Part shown: piece after piece, positions 37,839 through 46,039 of the stretch
Numbering within the stretch: the first letter of the stretch is position 1
Layout of the letters: every line of letters begins with the position of its first letter
Source of the DNA: an uncultured SAR86 cluster bacterium
GTDB lineage: Bacteria > Pseudomonadota > Gammaproteobacteria > Magnimaribacterales > D2472
Assembly: GCA_964276145.1 (NCBI GenBank)
Contig: CAXYDN010000007.1
Coordinates: 74,411 to 138,410 of the forward strand
Length of the DNA stretch: 64,000 nucleotides
Reading direction: 5' to 3'
Program-made: the position numbers and the translations under genes
The notes under the pieces: generated by a model
Told to the model about the DNA's origin: nothing
What the model saw: only the letters and a program-made list of their open reading frames with translations
Database searches by the model: none

Positions 37839-38789
37839 TTAGAGAATGATACCAATTACACGGTCTATAAACCAATAAAAACCCATTCCACCAATACATA
37901 GACTTGCAGTTATTTGTAAATAATTTTGAAAATTAATCTTAGAAGCAAGATAAATTAACAATAAGGGTAATGGTATTAAAGCTATCTGTGCTAATTCAAT
38001 ACCAATATTAAAAAACAGTAATGACAATAACATTTGATCATTTGCAATACCTATATCGCTTAAAGCTCCTGCAAAACCTAATCCATGCAACAAGCCAAAA
38101 CTAAATGCCATTAACCAGGGTGTTTTAAGCTGTTTATCACTATCATTAATTTCTAAGGCTAAATAGACTATTGTAAGTGCAATAAGAGCCTCTACTGTGC
38201 CTTGCGGTAGATAAATGATGTCATAGACAGAAAGACCTAAAGTAATGCTGTGAGCGACAGTAAATGCAGTTATAGTTTTTATAATATTTACTAGACCGCT
38301 AATACAAAATAATAAACCAAATATAAATAAAATATGATCAAGCCCATCAAATAAATGACCAACACCAAGGTATAAATATGCAGTTGGATAATATTGATCA
38401 ACTAACGGGATTTCTAATTTATTTTTTTGGACATTGATCAACCCTTCAAAAGTATCTTCTTTAAAATTTATAGTTACTAACGCATCTGTTAAGACACTAA
38501 GATTAATAATTTCTATAAATTTACCTTTAATTGATTCATTACATTCAAGACTAATTTTTTCAATAATATATTTCCCTTGAACAAAAGGATCTGACCCGTT
38601 TGAATTGCATATATCTGGGAATATTACATCGGCTCTTTTACCAATATTTTTAACCGGATACATCCAAGTGGCATCATATCTATTTTGATTATCATCAGAC
38701 TGATCAATAATTAAATGAGCCGGATTAAACTCATGCGATGTAAGGTTGAATGATAAAATTAAAAGAAAAAAAGATGAAAATTTTTTCAT
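37839..38789 (-). CDS. HupE/UreJ-type putative metal (Ni/Co) permease with ~140-aa N-terminal periplasmic extension
   Basis: Signal peptide, then His-rich mature start (SHEFNPAH). Membrane core with G.GH...G.DH (GVGHLFDGLDHILF) and LLHGLGFAG, as in the HupE/UreJ family. Its ATG overlaps the upstream stop by 1 nt. Confidence 0.65.
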   Translation of the reverse strand: MKKFSSFFLLILSFNLTSHEFNPAHLIIDQSDDNQNRYDATWMYPVKNIGKRADVIFPDICNSNGSDPFVQGKYIIEKISLECNESIKGKFIEIINLSVLTDALVTINFKEDTFEGLINVQKNKLEIPLVDQYYPTAYLYLGVGHLFDGLDHILFIFGLLFCISGLVNIIKTITAFTVAHSITLGLSVYDIIYLPQGTVEALIALTIVYLALEINDSDKQLKTPWLMAFSFGLLHGLGFAGALSDIGIANDQMLLSLLFFNIGIELAQIALIPLPLLLIYLASKINFQNYLQITASLCIGGMGFYWFIDRVIGIIL

Positions 38790-39583
38790 TAAAACTTAAG
38801 ATCTGGATTAATAAAGATAGTATATTCAGATCTAATATCACTTAAGAACCCTCTTACAGCATCCTCTCTTTTCATTTGCAAGAAATCAACTTCTACCTGT
38901 CTTAATACTTCCTCTATCTCAGGGATGTATCCTGGATTGGTAGAATTTAGATAGACAATATGGTGCCCATAGGTGGATTCAAATGGACCATTCCATTGGT
39001 TTAGATTAGCTTCCATGAGTTCTTTGCTAAAAGCCTTACCAAAATTAGTGTTTATATTTCTCAATGGTTCATTTGCAAAAGCTTTACCTAAATAAAACGG
39101 ATCAGATTTTACAGCACTCTTTTCTTGAAGAGTTTTCAAGGCTTGCTGGGATCTAGCAAGGGAGTTGTTATTTTCTGAAAAATAATAATGTGTGAATGTA
39201 AATGAAGATTCAATAAAGTACTTTTCTTTGTTATTTTCAAAATACTCCCTTAGTTCTTTAGCAGATGGAATCTCAGGGATAGATTCTTCTTTTAAAAAGG
39301 TTATTTTTTGCGCGAGCCTTCTTTTAATAATCGTATCTTCTTGATCTAATCCTAAAAGAAGTGCTTCTCTATAGAGAATTTCCTCATCAATTAAGTTGTT
39401 AATTATTCTTACTAGCTCATCATCTGTTGGATCTCTGCCAACTTGTGATTTCCATGCACTTATTAAACTAAGGATTTCTTGGTCTGAGACAAATATATTT
39501 TTATCTTCATCAGCACTCATTACTGTATCAACTAGATACAAACAAATTCCAATAACAAAAAATATTAAAACTTTGTATTTCAA
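38789..39583 (-). CDS. anchored parvulin-like / Rotamase_2-type peptidyl-prolyl isomerase family protein (TTG start)
   Basis: N-terminal anchor; the SurA-N-like helical region (EE.LYREAL.LGLD..D..I.RRL.QK) and the C-terminal S.YG.H.V pattern resemble PpiD/parvulin-like chaperones. The assignment is by pattern only. Confidence 0.5.
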   Translation of the reverse strand: MKYKVLIFFVIGICLYLVDTVMSADEDKNIFVSDQEILSLISAWKSQVGRDPTDDELVRIINNLIDEEILYREALLLGLDQEDTIIKRRLAQKITFLKEESIPEIPSAKELREYFENNKEKYFIESSFTFTHYYFSENNNSLARSQQALKTLQEKSAVKSDPFYLGKAFANEPLRNINTNFGKAFSKELMEANLNQWNGPFESTYGHHIVYLNSTNPGYIPEIEEVLRQVEVDFLQMKREDAVRGFLSDIRSEYTIFINPDLKF

Positions 39584-39606
39584 TTTATCGTCTAAGATTA
39601 TTAAAT

Positions 39607-41757
39607 TTAAGTACTTAAATTAATCATTCTTACTGTTCCTCCAAGAGGAACGACATCAACATCACTTGCTGGTGGAATGTACCATATAGGTGATGACCAA
39701 GCTCTTTCTTGAATAGTATCATGCAAATCTTCACGTGGCTTGAAGCCTCTACTTATTGCATCCCATGTACTCCACCTACAGGTAGGATTTTCCAACACTC
39801 TTGCATAATAGAAAGATTTAGTTTCGTTATCAAATTCTGGATCTATCCAATTTGCTTTCAATTCTGCTGAACCAACATTTTTAGTTATAGAGCAATCATC
39901 GATATTAACTTTAGCTCCATTATCTGGACATCTATTTGTTACGGGATCAACTTGAAGACCATCAGAACACACAACATCAAAAACTTTTTCATGCCCTCTT
40001 CCTGAAGCATCAGACCAACCCTTTATAATCTGGACTCTTTGAAGCGGTGCACCATTTTTGTCTCTTTGCGCCCAAACAATAAACTCAGGTGCTTTATCCC
40101 CATCACCAAGGAGATCAGAACCCATAGTGACTCCGTTTTGATAAGCATTACTTACGAGCATCTCAGAATTTAAATCAATGCTAGATAAGTTATAACCTCC
40201 AAAGAAACGCACAGCAATTCGAGTTCCTGTTGTTGCAAAAGTTTCTTTTCTTTTAAAAGCTTTAAATATTGAATCTCTGGTATTTTCTTCAGCCCAAACA
40301 GCAGCCAAACCTGATGCACCCCATTGAGTGAAACCAGTATTTGCATATTCACCTTGATCTAATGAAATAGTGCTTCTTGGTTGATTAAATGATCTCATGT
40401 AGTCATCCATTCTTTGAAGATTCTCTTGGGATAGAGGTGCGGATCCTCTATTTTCAGGATCACCATCTAAAATACCAACCTTAGACCAATAATTTGATTC
40501 ATCAAAGGCACCGGCACCAGTATGAGTATCAGAGGAACCAATAAGACCAAATTTATATGGATTGCCTTGATTGGTGAATTCTAGCGTCAATCCATTTAAA
40601 TAAGCTTCTCTAACATAACTACCAGATGGTTTGCTAAAAGTTGGTGGCCTACTCCCTACTCTTATATCCATTATTTCAAAGTCAGCCCATTCATCATCTG
40701 GTGAAAGTAAAGGATGAGTCTCTGAAGTACCTTTAACTTGCGTAATTTCAACGAGAGGCTCATTTCGCATTCTTTTTTCAGCATATTCTCTATTAATTGG
40801 GTAAGAATAAAATGTCTCCATTTCAAACATCTGGCCATTTGATCCATTAGGATTATGAGGTATTGAAACAGTATCGACACCCTTATCACGTAATTTATCT
40901 TGCCATGTCCATAAATCTTCTGGGTTTATTGAATCTATTCTTGTCCATGGCCTAATGGGAGCCTTTGATGAATTAAAGATAACATTTCTATGTAAATTAC
41001 CGCCCTCAACATTTGTTGAGGTTGTGAATTCATACCCAATAAAAGTTGTGAAATGACCAGGATCATTATGCTCATTAGCTGCTCTAGCAACGTCTTCCCA
41101 AGCAGACTTATGAATTTCATAGTCAAAAGATTTTAAAGCTGTTTGAGTATTTTTTGTAAGCCAAGCTTTTAATACATTAGGACTCATGTCTGAATAAGTT
41201 TGGGTAACAGTTCCACCAAGAATTTGGCTAAATAATGCAGATCTTGGTCCAGCAGATTCAGCTGTCAAATTCTCTACTCTGTTTAAATCATGAAAAGGTT
41301 TGGCAAAATCTTTTTGAGAGATGTCGGTTGAAGTATCTGACCAAGCATTCAACATACCCATAAAAAAACCATGATCAGTAACTGAATAAAAATCTAATGG
41401 TTCTTGTAATTTCATCTCATATCCCATGGGATGCATAATGCCATCTCCTTTAGCGTATCTGTATGCATCATTTGGAGTTGCTGTAATACCAAATATATAG
41501 GCATCAAAAGAATGTTTGGTATGAACGTGAAGATCGCCATAATAGGGATTTCTATCTTTGTTTGGTTTTGGTTTTGGCTTAGATGATTTTTCTTTATCAG
41601 ATGAAAAATCTATAATTTCAGTAGCACTATCTGACCTCATCATATCTATGAGACTGATTAAGGGTCTATTATCAGTTACTGATGACCATAAACTGATAAA
41701 TAAAGCTAAATAGATTACTGGTATGGCTATTAAAAGCTTTACAAAAATTGATTTCAT
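39607..41757 (-). CDS. exported DUF3604-like protein with PHP-type metal-binding motifs (paralog 1)
   Basis: Membrane anchor, then YYGDLHVHT.HSFDAY, VTDHGFF, GYEFT, NLHRNVIF, IPHNPN, EITQVKGTSETHP and GSSDTH, and a 4-Cys C-terminal module. The start is set at the ATG at 41757, which has the SD GGGGAGA. Confidence 0.7.
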   Translation of the reverse strand: MKSIFVKLLIAIPVIYLALFISLWSSVTDNRPLISLIDMMRSDSATEIIDFSSDKEKSSKPKPKPNKDRNPYYGDLHVHTKHSFDAYIFGITATPNDAYRYAKGDGIMHPMGYEMKLQEPLDFYSVTDHGFFMGMLNAWSDTSTDISQKDFAKPFHDLNRVENLTAESAGPRSALFSQILGGTVTQTYSDMSPNVLKAWLTKNTQTALKSFDYEIHKSAWEDVARAANEHNDPGHFTTFIGYEFTTSTNVEGGNLHRNVIFNSSKAPIRPWTRIDSINPEDLWTWQDKLRDKGVDTVSIPHNPNGSNGQMFEMETFYSYPINREYAEKRMRNEPLVEITQVKGTSETHPLLSPDDEWADFEIMDIRVGSRPPTFSKPSGSYVREAYLNGLTLEFTNQGNPYKFGLIGSSDTHTGAGAFDESNYWSKVGILDGDPENRGSAPLSQENLQRMDDYMRSFNQPRSTISLDQGEYANTGFTQWGASGLAAVWAEENTRDSIFKAFKRKETFATTGTRIAVRFFGGYNLSSIDLNSEMLVSNAYQNGVTMGSDLLGDGDKAPEFIVWAQRDKNGAPLQRVQIIKGWSDASGRGHEKVFDVVCSDGLQVDPVTNRCPDNGAKVNIDDCSITKNVGSAELKANWIDPEFDNETKSFYYARVLENPTCRWSTWDAISRGFKPREDLHDTIQERAWSSPIWYIPPASDVDVVPLGGTVRMINLST

Positions 41758-41857
41758 TCTAATTCTCCCCAAATATATATAAATTTATTAAATCAACTCA
41801 AACAACTATAGTCAATCAATATAAGTGCAGATTGGTTATGCTAAAATAAACAAAATA

Positions 41858-43903
41858 CTAATCTGATTTAACCCATATTGGCGATGACCAAGCCCTTTCT
41901 TGAATAACTGAATCGATATCAGATCTTGGTTTCTCTCCGTTTCTAACAGCATCCCAAGTTGACCATCTACATGATGGATTTTCTATAACACGAACATAAT
42001 AAAAAGCATTCATATCAGAATTAAATTCTGGATCTTTCCAGAAGGTTTTAAGCTCTGATGCGCCTATGTTTGCTGTGGTTGAACAGTCATTAAGATTAAC
42101 TTCTGCTCCATTGTCTGGGCAACGATGAGTTTTTGAATCAACCTTTAAACCATCTGAACATGCTACATCAAAAACCTTTTCATTATGGACTCCGTTTTCG
42201 ACCCATCCTTTAACCACTTGGGATCTTTGTAATTTATTACTAAGTGGATCTGAAACTGCCCAAATTAAAAATGTTGGGCTGATTTGATTATCTGCAATAA
42301 GATCACCACCCATAGGTATGCTCAATGAATAAGCTTTTCTAATAAGATTTTCATCTGAAAGATTATATTTCTCTAATTCATAGCCACCAAAAAATCTTAC
42401 CTTGATTCTAGGGCCTGATGTTGCAAAGGTTTCTTTTTTTCTAAAAGCAGCAAAAATTGATTCCCTTGTATTCTCTTCAGCCCAAACACCTGCAAGTCCA
42501 GAGGCGCCAAAATGTATAACGCGGTCTCCTGCATTGAGATAATAATTATTATCAACATATTTCATAAGACTTGCCCTTCCTCGAGAAACTTCTTCTGATT
42601 CAGAACCGGGAATCTTGCTCATGATATAACCAAAAGTTTTATTAAAAGGTACTGAGCCCCTCAGCTTAGGAGTGCCATCAACCATGCCGATTTTAGAAAA
42701 ATGTGTTTCTTCATTATATGATCCGCCAGCTACATGACTATCGCTAGAACCAATAAGACCAAATTTATATGGATTAACAATTCCTTTTTCTTCAAATCCA
42801 AGACCTCTCAAGTATGCATTTCTTACATATGAACCCTTAATATTTTTTATTTCATTTGATGGATACCTGGGTGGTGTAGCGGTTTCAAATGAGGCCCATT
42901 CATCATTTTTTGAAATTAATGGATGAGTTTCAGAGGTTCCTTTGGCTTGAGTTATTTCAACCAATGGTTCATTTAGCAACCTATTAGATGCATAAGCATC
43001 ATCAATTGGTCCGCCATTAAAATCATTATTAGAAAAGGCAGAGCCGCCAGAAATATTTGAGTTATGAGGAATAGCTAAACTATCAACACCATTTTCTCTA
43101 AGACCATTCATCCATTCCCATAATGGCTCAGGGTTCATGCTATCAAGTCTAGAAAAAATTTTATCGGGAAGATTTTTAGTGTCCTCAAATATCACATTAC
43201 GATGAAGATAATTATTGTATAAGTCTTCAGACGAAGTATATTCGTAACCTGCAAAGGTTGTAAAAATACCAGGCTTATATGCATCATCAGCAGCTTTTAT
43301 TGTTTCTTGCCAAACACTTTTTTGAACATTATCTATGAGGTCAATATCAATTGTGCCATTTCTGATTCCTTCAATGGTTGTTCTAGCAAAATTTGTAAAC
43401 AATCCACCTCTTTTAAAAACTTCTAAAAACCCATCAGGTCGAGATTCATTTAAATTGTGAACTGGCTTTGTATACTCATACTTAGAAAACAAAGAGTTAG
43501 TGTCTGCAGCGGTTGGTAGAAGTCCTAGAAAAAAACCATGGTCAGTTACCGCATAAAAATCTAGCGGCCTTCTCAGCTTTATATCATAGCCTGTTGGATG
43601 AGGAATTGACTCTCCTTGAGCAAATTTATAAGCCATGTCAGGATCACTTAAAGATCCAAATGTGTATGCATCAAATGAATTTGAAGTATGTATGTGCAGA
43701 TCACCGAAATATGCATTTTTATTTGGATTAGGCGAAGATAAAGAGTCCGTGCCCAATAAATCAGCTACTTGATAATAAGAATCATCTAATGAGGTTTGGA
43801 CTTGTTGTTTTTTATCTATGTCAAGAATAAACAAGCCATAGAAAATAAAACCACCAAGGATAAGTATTAATATTAATACAACTCCGCCAATTTTTTTTAT
43901 CAT
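41858..43903 (-). CDS. exported DUF3604-like protein with PHP-type metal-binding motifs (paralog 2)
   Basis: It has the same motif set as paralog 1 (YFGDLHIHT.NSFDAY, VTDHGFF, GYEYT, YLHRNVIF, IPHNSN, EITQAKGTSETHP, GSSDSH) and the same 4-Cys C-terminus. By eye, roughly half of the aligned residues are identical to paralog 1. Confidence 0.7.
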   Translation of the reverse strand: MIKKIGGVVLILILILGGFIFYGLFILDIDKKQQVQTSLDDSYYQVADLLGTDSLSSPNPNKNAYFGDLHIHTSNSFDAYTFGSLSDPDMAYKFAQGESIPHPTGYDIKLRRPLDFYAVTDHGFFLGLLPTAADTNSLFSKYEYTKPVHNLNESRPDGFLEVFKRGGLFTNFARTTIEGIRNGTIDIDLIDNVQKSVWQETIKAADDAYKPGIFTTFAGYEYTSSEDLYNNYLHRNVIFEDTKNLPDKIFSRLDSMNPEPLWEWMNGLRENGVDSLAIPHNSNISGGSAFSNNDFNGGPIDDAYASNRLLNEPLVEITQAKGTSETHPLISKNDEWASFETATPPRYPSNEIKNIKGSYVRNAYLRGLGFEEKGIVNPYKFGLIGSSDSHVAGGSYNEETHFSKIGMVDGTPKLRGSVPFNKTFGYIMSKIPGSESEEVSRGRASLMKYVDNNYYLNAGDRVIHFGASGLAGVWAEENTRESIFAAFRKKETFATSGPRIKVRFFGGYELEKYNLSDENLIRKAYSLSIPMGGDLIADNQISPTFLIWAVSDPLSNKLQRSQVVKGWVENGVHNEKVFDVACSDGLKVDSKTHRCPDNGAEVNLNDCSTTANIGASELKTFWKDPEFNSDMNAFYYVRVIENPSCRWSTWDAVRNGEKPRSDIDSVIQERAWSSPIWVKSD

Positions 43904-43940
43904 TAAATTATCCTAACACAGTGTTGAAAACAGATATTTT

Positions 43941-44747
43941 TTAAACAAACTGATTGGTACTAAACTTTTCTTTCCATGGAGTTAGGTCCAAATCACTACC
44001 GTGTGTTTCAGGGTTAAAATCTTTATCAAAAAATGATTTATAGTCTGCGTAATTAACTCTTAGTGCCCCTTTTTTAGAAAAGAAGAATTTGAACATGCTT
44101 TTAAATGTAGATAGTTTCCAAAATTGCTTATCATGTTTTAACATCTTGATTGCAATTCTTGTGATTACAAAAATTAAATCAATCAATGCCAATTTCATTA
44201 CAATCCTCAAAACTTTATTTGAGCCATTGATTGTTTTATAAACATCGTGTGATACTGATTTGTGCTCAACCTCTTCTAAGCTATGCCACTTCCACATATC
44301 TACTACTGGATTATCTGATTTAAGAATTTTACCTTTTAAGATATTGGTACCCATTGTTGCTGTGATATGTTCTATTGCAGTTGTTATAGCTAATCGTGTT
44401 TTGTTGTCTACTTTATCTGTATGGGATTTTTCTAAACTTTTTACAAATATGCTTTCTAACTTTTCTAAGTCATATCCCTTAAGTTCACATAATAGTTGGT
44501 TGTATTTAATGTGCTCTCTTGTATGTGTTGCCTCTTGTATGCAGAACATACGAATCTCTTCTGACATATCTTTTAATCTAACGTCATCTTTGAATGCACG
44601 AACACTTTTCATAAAAAACTTCTCACCTTTAGGAAAACAAAAACTTAAAGCATTTAAAACTGCAGTTAGGAATGCATCATCGTTAGCCCAATTTGAAGAT
44701 AAATGTTTCTTCAGTTCGAACGAAGGGTCTCTCTTTATCATTGTCAT
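43941..44747 (-). CDS. putative metalloprotein of the 'predicted metal-dependent hydrolase' (PF10118-like) type
   Basis: Two E..H-type motifs (QEATHTREH and EEVEHKSVSHD) and an FP.GE.FF segment. The ATG at 44747 has the SD GAGGA 7 nt upstream, so it is preferred over the TTG at 44783. The family call is from memory of the pattern. Confidence 0.5.
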   Translation of the reverse strand: MTMIKRDPSFELKKHLSSNWANDDAFLTAVLNALSFCFPKGEKFFMKSVRAFKDDVRLKDMSEEIRMFCIQEATHTREHIKYNQLLCELKGYDLEKLESIFVKSLEKSHTDKVDNKTRLAITTAIEHITATMGTNILKGKILKSDNPVVDMWKWHSLEEVEHKSVSHDVYKTINGSNKVLRIVMKLALIDLIFVITRIAIKMLKHDKQFWKLSTFKSMFKFFFSKKGALRVNYADYKSFFDKDFNPETHGSDLDLTPWKEKFSTNQFV

Positions 44748-44800
44748 ATTATGTTCCTCATAATTTGCAACAAAGAATAGCAATAATGATCATATATAAG

Positions 44801-44841
44801 AGAGATATTTTAAGTCATAATAGAGATGTTTTAATTCATAA
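44801..44841. promoter_or_regulatory. two 20-bp direct repeats phased 21 bp apart in the divergent AraC / operon control region (candidate AraC-family binding sites)
   Basis: AGAGATATTTTAAGTCATAA (44801-44820) and AGAGATGTTTTAATTCATAA (44822-44841) are identical at 18 of 20 positions. They lie between the starts at 44747 (-) and 44866 (+). Confidence 0.5.
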
Positions 44842-44865
44842 ATATTTTAATTTTTATCTTTGCAA

Positions 44866-45864
44866 ATGTTCAATACAGCTAATAGAAACTTAAATTTACT
44901 AGTAGACACACTATTAGATATATCCAGAGAGTCAGGTTTCTCAACTGAAGATATTATCAAGCACGCAAAAATAGATTTAAATAAACCAATACAAGAAATT
45001 GATATACCTAGAATTATTGACAATGTCTATAACTATATCAAAGACGAGGCTTTAATGGTAAAGCTAGGTCAAAGAGTAGATGTAACCTATTTTGGATCTT
45101 TTGGTTTTGCACTCATGAGCTGTTCAAGTTTTTCAGAAGCTATCAAATTGATTAATAGATATCAGTTATTGCTTGGAACTGGGATTAATTTGAATGTTTT
45201 ATCTGACTCTCATAACTCTCAATATACGCTAAGAGTTTCAATAAGTATTTTAAACAATCTGCAAAAAAAATTATTAACTGAGCTAATAATATCTCAATCA
45301 ATTTATCTTCTTAGAATTATTACAAATAATGATAAATTAAAATTTACAATAAGTTTTCAACATGAGGGAATAAATAACAAAGAGCTTTATGAATCGATAC
45401 TAAAGTCTAATGTGAAATTTAATCAACTACATAATGAAATATCTGTTCCAATTGATTTAAGTAAAGAAAAGCTAGTTTCTGCAAACTCTGCAGTTCATAT
45501 TATTTATGAAGAGCAATGCGAAAGACTTCTACGAGATCTGAATAAAGTAGAAAACTTCTCCGCTGCTACAAGAAGAATACTACTTCAAGCTGGGGATGAT
45601 TTACCTGATATAAAAGAAGTTGCCTTCAAACTTCATATGAGTGAAAGCACACTGAGAAGAAGATTAAAAGAGGAATCTTCAAGTTACAGAATTATTTGCG
45701 ATGAAGTTAGAGATGTTTTAGCAAAAAAATATCTTACTTCAACCAATTTAACTATTTCAGATATAGCCATGTTACTAAATTATAGTGAAGCAGCTAGTTT
45801 TAGAAGAGCTTTTATAAGATGGAATAAAGTTACTCCAAACGATTATCGTCATTCTAATAGCTAA
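44866..45864 (+). CDS. AraC/XylS-family transcriptional regulator with N-terminal ligand/effector domain
   Basis: C-terminal double HTH (ESTLRRRLKEE.SSY, ISDIAMLLNYSEAASFRRAF.RW....P..YR). The ATG at 44866 is preferred over the TTG at 44860. Confidence 0.85.
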   Translation: MFNTANRNLNLLVDTLLDISRESGFSTEDIIKHAKIDLNKPIQEIDIPRIIDNVYNYIKDEALMVKLGQRVDVTYFGSFGFALMSCSSFSEAIKLINRYQLLLGTGINLNVLSDSHNSQYTLRVSISILNNLQKKLLTELIISQSIYLLRIITNNDKLKFTISFQHEGINNKELYESILKSNVKFNQLHNEISVPIDLSKEKLVSANSAVHIIYEEQCERLLRDLNKVENFSAATRRILLQAGDDLPDIKEVAFKLHMSESTLRRRLKEESSSYRIICDEVRDVLAKKYLTSTNLTISDIAMLLNYSEAASFRRAFIRWNKVTPNDYRHSNS

Positions 45865-45884
45865 AAGAATATAATAGTGTTTAT

Positions 45885-45961
45885 GCGCCTGTAGCTCAGT
45901 TGGATAGAGTACTTGGCTTCGAACCAAGGGGTCGGGAGTTCGAATCTTCCCGGGCGCACCA
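45885..45961 (+). tRNA. tRNA-Arg (anticodon UCG), CCA encoded
   Basis: Manual cloverleaf: acceptor GCGCCTG/CGGGCGC (one G-U pair), anticodon loop CT-TCG-AA, T-loop TTCGAAT. It differs from the tRNA at 30018 at 6 of 77 positions. Confidence 0.85.
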
Positions 45962-45971
45962 TTTCAATAAA

Positions 45972-45994
45972 AAACCCCTCTCTAGGAGGGGTTT
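45972..45994. terminator. hairpin between tRNA-Arg(UCG) and the convergent TonB-dependent receptor gene (possible bidirectional terminator)
   Basis: AAACCCCTC / GAGGGGTTT stem with a 5-nt loop, A-run on one side and T-run on the other. Confidence 0.55.
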
Positions 45995-46039
45995 AGATTT
46001 TGCAATTAGATTCACCGGGGAGTAAAACTCTAATTGAAA

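Noticed and set aside
39607-43903. DUF3604/PHP-like proteins as the missing histidinol-phosphate phosphatase of the his pathway
   Set aside because: Both carry N-terminal membrane anchors and a Cys-rich C-terminal module suggesting export. They are about 700 aa, against about 270 aa for PHP-type HolPases, and they sit in an AraC-controlled operon far from the his genes.
44260-44763. 167-aa plus-strand ORF (and 44693-44893) overlapping the PF10118-like gene
   Set aside because: It is entirely antisense to a better-supported gene that has an SD and conserved metal motifs. The translation is Ser/Leu/Cys-rich with no recognisable family, as expected for a chance open frame in AT-rich DNA.
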